In this document: piece by piece, positions 1 through 10,504 of the stretch | Layout: every line of letters starts with the position of its first letter | Numbering within the stretch: position 1 is the stretch's first letter | DNA from: an uncultured Thermotogae bacterium | Lineage (GTDB): Bacteria; Bipolaricaulota; Bipolaricaulia; UBA7950; UBA9294 | Assembly: GCA_964547105.1 (NCBI GenBank) | Contig: CAZJLO010000001.1 | Span: 73,134 to 137,133, forward strand | DNA: 64,000 nucleotides | Direction of reading: 5' to 3' | Notes under the pieces: model-generated | Databases searched by the model: none | What the model was told of the DNA's origin: nothing | Seen by the model: the letters and a program-made list of their open reading frames with translations, nothing else | Made by a program: the position numbers and the translations under genes

Positions 1-1448
1 AGACGGAGGAAGAGGAATTCAAGCAGATCTACGGTCTCCCCGTTCTCGAAATCCCGACGAACCGCCCGCTGATTCGTAGGGCTCTTCCCGACAGAATCTT
101 CCGCACCGAAACGGCGAAGTTCGAAGCGATCGCCGACGAAACGAAGAATCTTCACGAACAAGGACGTCCGGTGTTGATCGGCACGAACTCGATCGAGAAG
201 TCGGAACAGCTTTCCCGTCTGCTCAAGGCGCGCAAGCTGCCCCACACCGTCTTGAACGCCAAACATCACGAGAAAGAGGCGGAGATCGTTCAGGATGCGG
301 GTCAGCCGGGAGCGATCACCGTCGCCACAAACATGGCCGGACGTGGAACGGACATCAAGCTTGGAGGGAACGTCTCCGAGATCGGCGGTCTCCATGTAAT
401 CGGCTGTCAGCGCCATGAGTCTCGCCGCATCGACAATCAGCTGCTGGGGCGCGCCGGAAGGCAAGGCGACCCCGGCTCGTCGCAGTTCTACCTTTCTTTG
501 ACCGATGATCTGCTTCGAATCTTCGGCGGCGATCGGATCGGAGGGTTGCTCGATCGCCTAGGGATGGAAGAAGGGGAAGCAATCGAGCACGAAATGCTGA
601 CCGGGGCAATCCGGCGGGCGCAAAAGCGCGTGGAAGGACGCAATTTCGAGATTCGCAAGCGGCTGATCGATTACGATATGGTCATGGCGAAGCAGCGCGA
701 CGCCATCTACACATTGCGAGACCGACTCCTGCTCCCCCCCCGAGATTCGTCCGAGAAGATCCCGCTTGATGATCTCGATGATCGATTCGATGAGCTGTTC
801 GCAGAATACGCAACTGATCTCGTTTCTCGGTACGCCGACCCGTCGATTCCCGAGGAAGACCGGAATCTGGACGGACTGGGACGCGAGTTGGCATCGGTGA
901 TCGGACAGCTTCCGGCGGGACTGGCGGATGTCTCCCCCGAACAGCTGTCATCGACGCTTCTCGACCAACTCCGCGCGGCGCTTGGCAGACAGAAAGAGAG
1001 ATTGGGGCCCCAATTCCCGTTGATCGCCCGCTATCTGATGCTCGGAGTGATCGATGAGCAGTGGTTGGCGCATCTCTACACCCTCGACGATCTGCGCGAG
1101 GGGATCGGGTGGACCGCATACGGCGGAACCGACCCTCTCGTGACATTCAAACGCGAATCGTTCACCCTGTTCCAGCAGATGCTTGCCCGGGCCAGCGCAA
1201 AGATCGTTCGCCTCGTCCTCAGCGCCCGCCTTGCCCCGACCAAACCGGGGACGCCGAGCGGCGCGCAGCGCAATGTGCAACTTGTGCACGACAGCGCATC
1301 CGCTCTGGGGAATGCGCGGCAACGTGCCAGCCAACCCCCGCACGGCAAGTCGAAACCGGTCACGCACCCGAAGAAGGTTGGACGAAACGATCCCTGTCCA
1401 TGTGGATCGGGAAAGAAGTACAAGAGCTGCTGCGGAAGAGCCGACTGA
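1..1448 (+). CDS. secA: Preprotein translocase ATPase SecA, C-terminal part; the 5' end lies upstream of the window
   Basis: Frame 3 is open from position 3 and reads TEEEEFKQIYGLPVLEIPTNRP...PVLIGTNSIEKSE. It ends with the SecA zinc-binding tail DPCPCGSGKKYKSCCG. Confidence 0.9.
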   Translation, partial: TEEEEFKQIYGLPVLEIPTNRPLIRRALPDRIFRTETAKFEAIADETKNLHEQGRPVLIGTNSIEKSEQLSRLLKARKLPHTVLNAKHHEKEAEIVQDAGQPGAITVATNMAGRGTDIKLGGNVSEIGGLHVIGCQRHESRRIDNQLLGRAGRQGDPGSSQFYLSLTDDLLRIFGGDRIGGLLDRLGMEEGEAIEHEMLTGAIRRAQKRVEGRNFEIRKRLIDYDMVMAKQRDAIYTLRDRLLLPPRDSSEKIPLDDLDDRFDELFAEYATDLVSRYADPSIPEEDRNLDGLGRELASVIGQLPAGLADVSPEQLSSTLLDQLRAALGRQKERLGPQFPLIARYLMLGVIDEQWLAHLYTLDDLREGIGWTAYGGTDPLVTFKRESFTLFQQMLARASAKIVRLVLSARLAPTKPGTPSGAQRNVQLVHDSASALGNARQRASQPPHGKSKPVTHPKKVGRNDPCPCGSGKKYKSCCGRAD

Positions 1449-1547
1449 GCCACCGCCCATGGCGGGAGCGGCTGTCGTCACAGCTTGGCCTTTCGACGCC
1501 GATCGTCTGTCTACCCCTGTCTCGATTCCTTGTCCCGAACCCGCCGG

Positions 1548-2336
1548 CTAGCACACACGCTCAAGCAACAGCTCATCATCGACGACGTGGTGCTGCGCGA
1601 ACATCCCGACCAACTCGCCCACGCTTGTGTCGGCCTTCTCTTCTCCGGCGATGTCGTAGATGATTTCGCCCTTGTGCATCATCACCAGTCGATCGCCAAG
1701 CTCGATCGCTTGCTCCATGTTGTGGGTAACCATCAAGGTTGTCAGCCCAAGCCGCTCAACAAACGCGCAGGTCATCCGCACGATCATCGCGGCGTTGCTT
1801 GGGTCGAGCGCCGCTGTATGTTCATCGAGCAGCAAGACCTCCGGCTGGGCCAGGGTCGCCATCAGAATCGTCAATGCCTGGCGCTCTCCGCCGGAGAGTG
1901 TCGACACATGGCAATCGAGACGATCTTCCATTCCGATGTTCAACACCTCCAGCTGTTCACGAATGCGGTGTCGCATTCGCGATGGGAGGGCGAGTCGCAG
2001 CGTTCGATGGCCTCTCTTCGAAGCCAGCGCAAGGTTCTCCGCCACGGTCATCGACGGAGCCGTTCCGGCCAGCGGATCTTGAACAATACGACCGATCCGC
2101 CGCGCTCGGATGTGAGGCGGCACACCAGTGAGGTTCATGTCTGCCAGCCGGATCGTGCCCGTCGTGGGGGGAAACGTTCCTGCAATGAGGTTTAAGAGCG
2201 TACTCTTGCCTGCACCATTGGAGCCGATGATCGTGAGAAACTCGCCGGAACGAAGATCAAGATCGATCTGCCGGATTGCCACCTTGCGGTCAGCTCCTAT
2301 CTGGAAAACCTTGGAGACATCCTTCAGGCTCAACAT
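1548..2336 (-). CDS. ABC transporter ATP-binding protein (COG1101-like), third gene of the COG2984-type ABC operon
   Basis: Walker A motif GSNGAGKST, ABC signature LSGGERQ and Walker B LLLDE. It overlaps the permease gene by 7 nt. Confidence 0.8.
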   Translation of the reverse strand: MLSLKDVSKVFQIGADRKVAIRQIDLDLRSGEFLTIIGSNGAGKSTLLNLIAGTFPPTTGTIRLADMNLTGVPPHIRARRIGRIVQDPLAGTAPSMTVAENLALASKRGHRTLRLALPSRMRHRIREQLEVLNIGMEDRLDCHVSTLSGGERQALTILMATLAQPEVLLLDEHTAALDPSNAAMIVRMTCAFVERLGLTTLMVTHNMEQAIELGDRLVMMHKGEIIYDIAGEEKADTSVGELVGMFAQHHVVDDELLLERVC

Positions 2337-3229
2337 GCCCGCACCTTCCTCTGCCGACGTTCCCGAAGCGTCGGTGCCACCAGCGCCAGAATCACCAGGA
2401 GAGAGGTTACGAGCTTCATGTCACTCGCTTGGAACCCGATGACGTAGCCGTAGCGCAACGCCAGAACCACCGCCATTCGGTAGATGATCGATCCAACCAG
2501 CACGCCGGCGGTCATCCATCCAATCCGCGAAGATCGGATCAGCGTAGCTCCGATGATAACGGCCGCCAGACCTGTCACGATCGTCCCGGTTCCCATTCCG
2601 ACGTCTGCGAATCCGTTGTACTGCGCCACCAGGGCGCCGGAGAGGGCAACCAATCCGTTGGCAACAGCGACACCGAGAACCTTCATCGTATTGGTGTTGA
2701 CTCCCTGAGCGGTGATCATCGCTTCGCTATCCCCGGTAGCGCGGAGCGCAAATCCGACCTCCGTGCGAAGAAACAGATCCAGCGCAAGCTTGACGCCAAT
2801 CGCCAGAACGGCAATGAAAGTCAGGATCGCCACCGGTCCAAGCCCGGACCAGGCTGCATCGACAAGGCGCGTCACCGTGCCAATGCGAAGCAGGGACAGG
2901 TTCGGCCGTCCCATGATTCGCAGATTGATCGAATACAGCATGATCATCATCAGCACCCCCGACAGAAGGCTGGTGATCTTCAGCTTCGTATGCAGCAATC
3001 CGGTCACTGTTCCTGCCGCCGCTCCGGCGACGAACGCGATAACAAGAACGGAAAACGGATCAAACCCATATTTGGATAAGAGAAGAGAGGCGATGGCCGC
3101 TCCGGTCACGAAGCTTCCGTCGACGGTGAGATCAGGGAAGTCGAGAATGCGATAGGTTAGGAAAATGCCGAGCGCGGCAATTCCGTAGGCCAGACCTTGT
3201 TCGAGTGCGTGTATGAGAAGCGTCTCCAT
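2330..3229 (-). CDS. ABC transporter permease (COG4120-like)
   Basis: 299 aa, polytopic and hydrophobic. It sits between the SBP and ATPase genes on the same strand. Confidence 0.75.
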   Translation of the reverse strand: METLLIHALEQGLAYGIAALGIFLTYRILDFPDLTVDGSFVTGAAIASLLLSKYGFDPFSVLVIAFVAGAAAGTVTGLLHTKLKITSLLSGVLMMIMLYSINLRIMGRPNLSLLRIGTVTRLVDAAWSGLGPVAILTFIAVLAIGVKLALDLFLRTEVGFALRATGDSEAMITAQGVNTNTMKVLGVAVANGLVALSGALVAQYNGFADVGMGTGTIVTGLAAVIIGATLIRSSRIGWMTAGVLVGSIIYRMAVVLALRYGYVIGFQASDMKLVTSLLVILALVAPTLRERRQRKVRAC

Positions 3230-3244
3230 CGCCGATCTCCCGTT

Positions 3245-4243
3245 TTATTCTTCGTTTCTGGTAAAAGACACGCCGCCGTACAACACCGAAGACGCTCGCT
3301 CGACCACCGACGTCGGGAACACGAATCCGATCAACGCCGCTTCGTCGAGGTTCAAGTGAATTCCTGCACCGGAAACGAACGTCACCGGGATCTCATTGGG
3401 GCGTACACCGCCGAGAATCCGCAATACAAGCTCCCCGGCCGTTAGGCCCAGATCGTAGTAGTCGAATCCGACGGCAAGCGTTGCACCGGCAAGGCTAGTC
3501 GGATCGGCGACAAGAAACGGAATCTTCGCTTCTTGTGAGACGGAAAGGACGGAGTCAAGCGCCGAGACGACCGTGTTGTCCGTTGTCACATACAGGGCAT
3601 CAACCCGCCCGATCAACGACTGTGCAGCAATCGGTACGTTTGCCGACGTGTCCGCACTCGCCGCAATCAGCGAGATGCCGAGGGCCTCCGCCGCTTCGCG
3701 TGCCATATTCGTCAGTACCACGGAATTCGCCTCTCCAGGGTTGTAAACGATGCCGATCGATTCGATGTCATCGGACAACGACTGAAGTAGCGCGATGTCA
3801 TCAGCCACATTGATCATGTCCGAGACTCCGGTGACATTCTCATTGCCGCTCGGATCAGTGGCATCGGGAACAAGCTGAGCCCCAACTGGATCGGTGATGG
3901 CTGCGTAGATGACTGGGGTGTCCGTACCGCGGAACACTTCTGCCGCAGCTTGAGCCGTCGCTGTCGCAATCGCAACGACAAAATCCACCCCCTGTGCCTG
4001 GAAATTCTGGGCAACGGAAATCGCCACGGTGTAGTCTCCCTGAGCACTGGCAAGCAGGTACTCCACGTCAACTCCGTCTTCGTATCCGGCGGCCGTCAAC
4101 GCATCGATCGTTCCCTGTTCCACTGCGTCGAGCGCCGGATGTTCCACGATCTTGCAGATTCCAATCTTCAGCGGGGCGGCCACGCCGACGAGCGAGGCAC
4201 AAACCAGCAGCCCCAATATGATCAACAGTCCTTTTCGCTTCAC
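3245..4243 (-). CDS. ABC transporter substrate-binding lipoprotein, COG2984/ABC_sub_bind-like family (TrpX-like)
   Basis: Signal peptide with a cysteine (LLVCASL) followed by KIGICKIVEHPALD, which is typical of the uncharacterised ABC_sub_bind SBP family. Start is GTG, preceded by AAGGAG. Confidence 0.75.
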   Translation of the reverse strand: MKRKGLLIILGLLVCASLVGVAAPLKIGICKIVEHPALDAVEQGTIDALTAAGYEDGVDVEYLLASAQGDYTVAISVAQNFQAQGVDFVVAIATATAQAAAEVFRGTDTPVIYAAITDPVGAQLVPDATDPSGNENVTGVSDMINVADDIALLQSLSDDIESIGIVYNPGEANSVVLTNMAREAAEALGISLIAASADTSANVPIAAQSLIGRVDALYVTTDNTVVSALDSVLSVSQEAKIPFLVADPTSLAGATLAVGFDYYDLGLTAGELVLRILGGVRPNEIPVTFVSGAGIHLNLDEAALIGFVFPTSVVERASSVLYGGVSFTRNEE

Positions 4244-4427
4244 AACAGCTCCTTCGTCTTGTAAGCTATTCCTCCTGCAGCCCTGGTCTCAGGGCTGCTC
4301 CGAAGCACCGCCCGCGGCAGCGATCTTTGCCGGTCCGTTGCGCGGGCGGCGTCTTCCATCGTTGGGTTCCCACACGCTGAAGTCGGCTCACCTCCTTGCT
4401 GTTTGCGTAAATCCATTTCCATCCCCC

Positions 4428-4461
4428 AAAAAGAAAAGACCGCAGGCAAACGCCTGCAGTC
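4428..4461 (-). terminator. Intrinsic terminator-like hairpin plus U-tract inside the leader of the ABC operon (candidate attenuator)
   Basis: On the minus strand the sequence reads GACtGCAGGC-gttt-GCCTGCgGTC, followed directly by TTTTCTTTTT. It lies about 180 nt upstream of the SBP start codon. Confidence 0.5.
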
Positions 4462-4496
4462 GGCAACTGGCTTCTTCGGGACGCGCTTGTTGGTTG

Positions 4497-4601
4497 CTAG
4501 CGCGCCGCGCAGAAGCCAGGGGTAAACCAATACCAGAAATAGAAGCCGGAGCTGATCGCGTGTCGCAATTGGACTCGTTCGCTGCTCCGTGCTTGGTTCA
4601 T
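4497..4601 (-). CDS. Candidate leader peptide of 34 aa, MNQARSSERVQLRHAISSGFYFWYWFTPGFCAAR, with a tandem Trp/aromatic codon run
   Basis: The ATG lies 9 nt after the -10 hexamer, so the mRNA would be leaderless. Codons 20-26 are F Y F W Y W F. The TAG stop lies 35 nt before the terminator hairpin. It is too short to appear on the ORF track. Confidence 0.4.
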   Translation of the reverse strand: MNQARSSERVQLRHAISSGFYFWYWFTPGFCAAR

Positions 4602-4610
4602 CTTGGAGTC

Positions 4611-4639
4611 ACTATAGGCCGACACGGGCGGTCTGTCAA
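4611..4639 (-). promoter_or_regulatory. Sigma-70-type promoter for the leader/ABC operon: -35 TTGACA, 17-nt spacer, -10 TATAGT
   Basis: The minus strand reads TTGACAgaccgcccgtgtcggccTATAGT. Spacing is optimal and it is divergent from the hrcA promoter. Confidence 0.5.
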
Positions 4640-4647
4640 GACCGACA

Positions 4648-4676
4648 TTGACAACAAACCCAACGGAGCCTATCAT
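4648..4676 (+). promoter_or_regulatory. hrcA-grpE-dnaK-dnaJ promoter: -35 TTGACA, 17-nt spacer, -10 TATCAT
   Basis: The sequence reads TTGACAacaaacccaacggagccTATCAT, immediately followed by CIRCE. Confidence 0.55.
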
Positions 4677-4702
4677 TAGCAGACAGTAATCTTGAGTGCT
4701 AA
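4676..4702 (+). promoter_or_regulatory. CIRCE operator (HrcA binding site), TTAGCAGAC-N9-GAGTGCTAA
   Basis: A 9-N9-9 inverted repeat matching the CIRCE consensus TTAGCACTC-N9-GAGTGCTAA with 2 mismatches. It sits directly upstream of hrcA. Confidence 0.8.
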
Positions 4703-4710
4703 ATACGACG

Positions 4711-5761
4711 ATGAACCTACCTGAGAGACAACGGCTGATTCTGAAAGAGATCGTTGATCGGTATATTCGCTACCGAGAACCGGTTTCATCGCGGATGATC
4801 CTCGAGGACTACGGACTGCGGGTGTCGTCAGCCACGGTCCGCAATGACATGAGCGATCTTGAGGAACGCGAGTTCATCCGCAAGCCGTACTCCTCTTCCG
4901 GACGCGTGCCGACCGTGAAGGGCTACCGATTCTTTGTGGAATGGCTTCTCGACCTCTCCGAATTGACACGCAAGGAGCAGCACGCGGTCGTCGAGGCGTA
5001 TGAGACGCCGTATCTCGAAGTGGCAGAGACGATGCAACACACCGCGTTTCTGCTGGCGAGCATCACCGGCTGTGCTGGGTTTGTCATCCCCGCGCGCGCC
5101 AAAGAGACGCAGCTCAACCGCGTCGTGCTGACAAGATTATCAGCGCATTCGGCGCTGTTGGTCGTCATCTCCGACATTGGCGTTGTCAAGCATGGCGTCG
5201 TCCCGATCGAGGGGCGAATCGATCACAATGTGATCGGGCGGGTCACTCAGCTGATCAATGATAGTCTTCACGGCGTTACGTTGGACCGTGTTCTTCAACT
5301 GGCTTCCGAGGATCGTTCGGATGGCTGGTACGAGCCGTCCGTCCGTCAGGCGCTTCGCGTGCTGCGATTCTTGTTGGCGCGCGAACAGCGCCAGCCGCTT
5401 TTTCTTGAGGGACTGGCAAACGTGCTCCCGGAGCTTCGCCTCGTAGAACCCGAGACCGCCCTTGATCGATTCACCGGTCTCATGAGCGCGCTGAAGGATC
5501 CAACGGCCTTTGTGAATGCGGTTCGTTCCTACCGCGAAGGAGATTCCAGCGTGGCAATCGCCATTGGGGATCTCCCGCTGCCGGGAATGGAGGGTTTCAG
5601 TGTGGTCACAGCCGGATACGGACCTCACGACGGCGTTCTTGGGATCATTGCTCCGCTCTGGATGGATTACAGCAAGGCATTGTCCGCGACGAACTACATC
5701 GGCGCGAGGTTGGAGGCATTCTTCCTCGGCGCTCGCGCCCGTCATGCGGAGGAGGAAGTTC

Positions 5762-5787
<26 letters not shown>
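4711..5787 (+). CDS. hrcA: Heat-inducible transcription repressor HrcA
   Basis: MNLPERQRLILKEIVDRYIRYREPVSSRMI...VRNDMSDLEE is a typical HrcA N-terminus. The ORF track starts at a GTG at 4696 inside CIRCE; the ATG at 4711 is preferred. Confidence 0.9.
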
Positions 5788-8238
<2,451 letters not shown>

Positions 8239-8258
8239 GGGAAGGGGAAGCGAACGGC

Positions 8259-9380
8259 GTGGCCAAGACCGATTACTACGAGATCTTGGGGTTGGACCGC
8301 AAGGCGACCCCGGAAGAGATCAAGCGTGCGTACCGCCGCAAGGCAAAGGAACTCCATCCGGACAAGAACCCGGGAAACAAGAGCCGGGCGGAAGAGGAGT
8401 TCAAACGCGTCGCTGAAGCCTACGAAGTCCTCTCCGACCAGGAGAAACGGCTGCAGTATGATCGATACGGTCATGCCGGTCCCGCTCAGGGGTTTACGTT
8501 CGGTGACACGGACTTCCGCCGTGCTCGCCAGGCCTACTCGGAGTTCGGATTTGGCGGTTTTGATGACCTATTTGATCTCTTCTTCCGCCAAGGCGGACGG
8601 ACCGCGTCACGCCGGCCCGCGTCGCGCCAGGGCGAAGACATCGAGTACAAGCTGAGGATCTCTCTGGAAGACGCCGCCACCGGAACCAAGATCAAAGTCA
8701 CCGCGCCACGTCTCGTTCGCTGTGACCGATGCAAAGGGAGCGGCGCCGAGCCTGACACCGCCAAGACAACTTGCCCGACATGTCACGGCCGGGGACAAGT
8801 GGAGTACCGCCAGCAAAGCCTTCTCGGGAGTTTCGTCAACATCCAGACCTGCCCCGAATGCCAAGGAAAGGGGGACGTGACGGCAAACCCATGCCACCGT
8901 TGCCATGGATCCGGCCGGGCAAAAGAGAAGAGCAAGATTTCCGTGACGGTACCGGCCGGCGTTCCAGAGAATTCACGTCTTCGCCTCAAAGGCCAAGGAA
9001 ACGCAGGGATCGATGGCGCCCCTTCTGGCGATCTGTACATCGTGATTGAAATCATCCCTCATCATCAGTTCAAGCGGGACGGACGCAACATTCTCTCGGT
9101 GCTGAAGCTGCACTATCCCCAGGCAGTGCTCGGCGCACGCGTCCCGGTGGAGACACTGTGGGGAGAGGCGACGATCACCGTCCCTCCGGGAACCTCATCC
9201 GGCGCGCTCATCCGCATCAAAGGAAAGGGCATCCCCGACCTGCAGAGCAGCGGTCGAGGAGACCACGTTGTCCGTGTCGAAGTCGTGATCCCAACGCACA
9301 TCACGCCGGCCCAGAAACGCCTCCTGAAAGAACTCTCTGACCTGCTGCCGCCGCTTGACACATCGGGCGACGACTCATAG
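8259..9380 (+). CDS. dnaJ: Molecular chaperone DnaJ
   Basis: J-domain DYYEILGL...HPDKN, a G/F region, and four CxxCxGxG zinc-finger repeats. Confidence 0.95.
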   Translation: MAKTDYYEILGLDRKATPEEIKRAYRRKAKELHPDKNPGNKSRAEEEFKRVAEAYEVLSDQEKRLQYDRYGHAGPAQGFTFGDTDFRRARQAYSEFGFGGFDDLFDLFFRQGGRTASRRPASRQGEDIEYKLRISLEDAATGTKIKVTAPRLVRCDRCKGSGAEPDTAKTTCPTCHGRGQVEYRQQSLLGSFVNIQTCPECQGKGDVTANPCHRCHGSGRAKEKSKISVTVPAGVPENSRLRLKGQGNAGIDGAPSGDLYIVIEIIPHHQFKRDGRNILSVLKLHYPQAVLGARVPVETLWGEATITVPPGTSSGALIRIKGKGIPDLQSSGRGDHVVRVEVVIPTHITPAQKRLLKELSDLLPPLDTSGDDS

Positions 9381-10052
9381 CCGGCAGGCGGAATCTCCGT
9401 CCTCCGCGTCTTCGTCAGGGAACGAAGGCGCCAGGCGCGCCGTGTCGGACTGCTCAAAGAACTCGAGAACGTGCTGTAGCGCCAGTCGGCGATGGCTGAT
9501 CCTGTTCTTCTCAGCAGATCCCATCTCGGCAAGCGTCTCTATCCGCCCTTCGGGAACGAACAGCGGATCGTAGCCGAATCCTCCTGTACCGCGTGGCGTT
9601 TCCAGGATTCGCCCGCGCAACTTCCCTTGCCAGAAGGACTCGTGCTGCTGATCCAAGCGGAGGACAACCCAAGTCACGAATCGAGCTGATCGATCCCGCG
9701 GGCGTCCGTGGGCATCCGGTTCGCCCAATCGCTGCAGCAGCAGCCGGTTGTTGGCGTCGTAGTCGGGGGGTTCACCGGCATAGCGGGCAGATCGAACGCC
9801 GGGTTCTCCACCCAACGCCGGGACCTCAAGCCCTGAATCGTCTGCAAGAACGGCCATACCCGTCAGCTCGCCAATCGCCTGCGCCTTGAGCAGAGCGTTA
9901 GCTAGGAATGTCGAACCGGCTTCGTCGATATCCGGGAAAGGGACGTCGCGGAAAGTCACCAAGACAAGATCGGGAACCGTCGCGAGGATCTCCCGAATTT
10001 CGCGTATCTTCCCGGTGTTCCGGGTAGCAAGCAACACACGGCGTCGGGGCAT
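9375..10052 (-). CDS. rdgB: Non-canonical purine NTP pyrophosphatase (RdgB/HAM1 family)
   Basis: MPRRRVLLATRNTGKIREI...GFGYDPLF. The internal Met start at 10052 is preceded by GGGAGG. The ORF track extends 25 codons further upstream. Confidence 0.8.
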   Translation of the reverse strand: MPRRRVLLATRNTGKIREIREILATVPDLVLVTFRDVPFPDIDEAGSTFLANALLKAQAIGELTGMAVLADDSGLEVPALGGEPGVRSARYAGEPPDYDANNRLLLQRLGEPDAHGRPRDRSARFVTWVVLRLDQQHESFWQGKLRGRILETPRGTGGFGYDPLFVPEGRIETLAEMGSAEKNRISHRRLALQHVLEFFEQSDTARLAPSFPDEDAEDGDSACRL

Positions 10053-10144
10053 TCTTCCTCCCTCATGGTCGTCAATGCGAATCGAATAGCATCGCTGGAG
10101 AAACGCCGGGAAGAGCGAAAGCCGCATGCATCAACAGGCGGTTG

Positions 10145-10366
10145 CTAGAACACGGAGAGAACGAATCCCAGCAGAATGAACAGGGCTGCGAGCACATAGG
10201 TCACAGTGCGCTTGGGATCGCGCGTTTCATCGCGCCCGAACACAGTGCCGGACATCCCCGAACCGAATGCACCGCCAAGCCCGGAGTGTTCGCTCATCTG
10301 CATAAGGACCATTCCGACAAGGGCAAGACAATCCAGAACGAGTACGATCTCAAAAAACAAACGCAT
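10145..10366 (-). CDS. secG: Preprotein translocase subunit SecG
   Basis: 73 aa with two transmembrane segments and a central GGAFGSGMSG motif. Confidence 0.75.
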   Translation of the reverse strand: MRLFFEIVLVLDCLALVGMVLMQMSEHSGLGGAFGSGMSGTVFGRDETRDPKRTVTYVLAALFILLGFVLSVF

Positions 10367-10504
10367 CGAACACCGATCCTTTCACTGCTGGCAATCGTCT
10401 GCGAAGTATACGCAACCTTGTCACCGTTCTCCAACGGCTCGCCACGTCCACGCTGAACCTGGTTGAAGGAGTGCCCGCGTTTCTCGTATCCTTCCACAAA
10501 ACCC

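Noticed and set aside
4240-4530. 96-aa minus-strand ORF in the ABC-operon leader whose TGA overlaps the SBP GTG start
   Set aside because: Arg/Ala-rich, and no RBS at the proper distance from any start. It spans the terminator hairpin. The 34-codon aromatic leader ORF is the better-supported coding element in this leader.
4462-4604. T-box or known riboswitch class in the ABC-operon leader
   Set aside because: No T-box consensus (AGGGUGGNACCGCG) and no specifier-loop architecture was recognised. There are no recognisable purine, TPP, SAM, cobalamin or glycine riboswitch core motifs. The leader-peptide model fits better.
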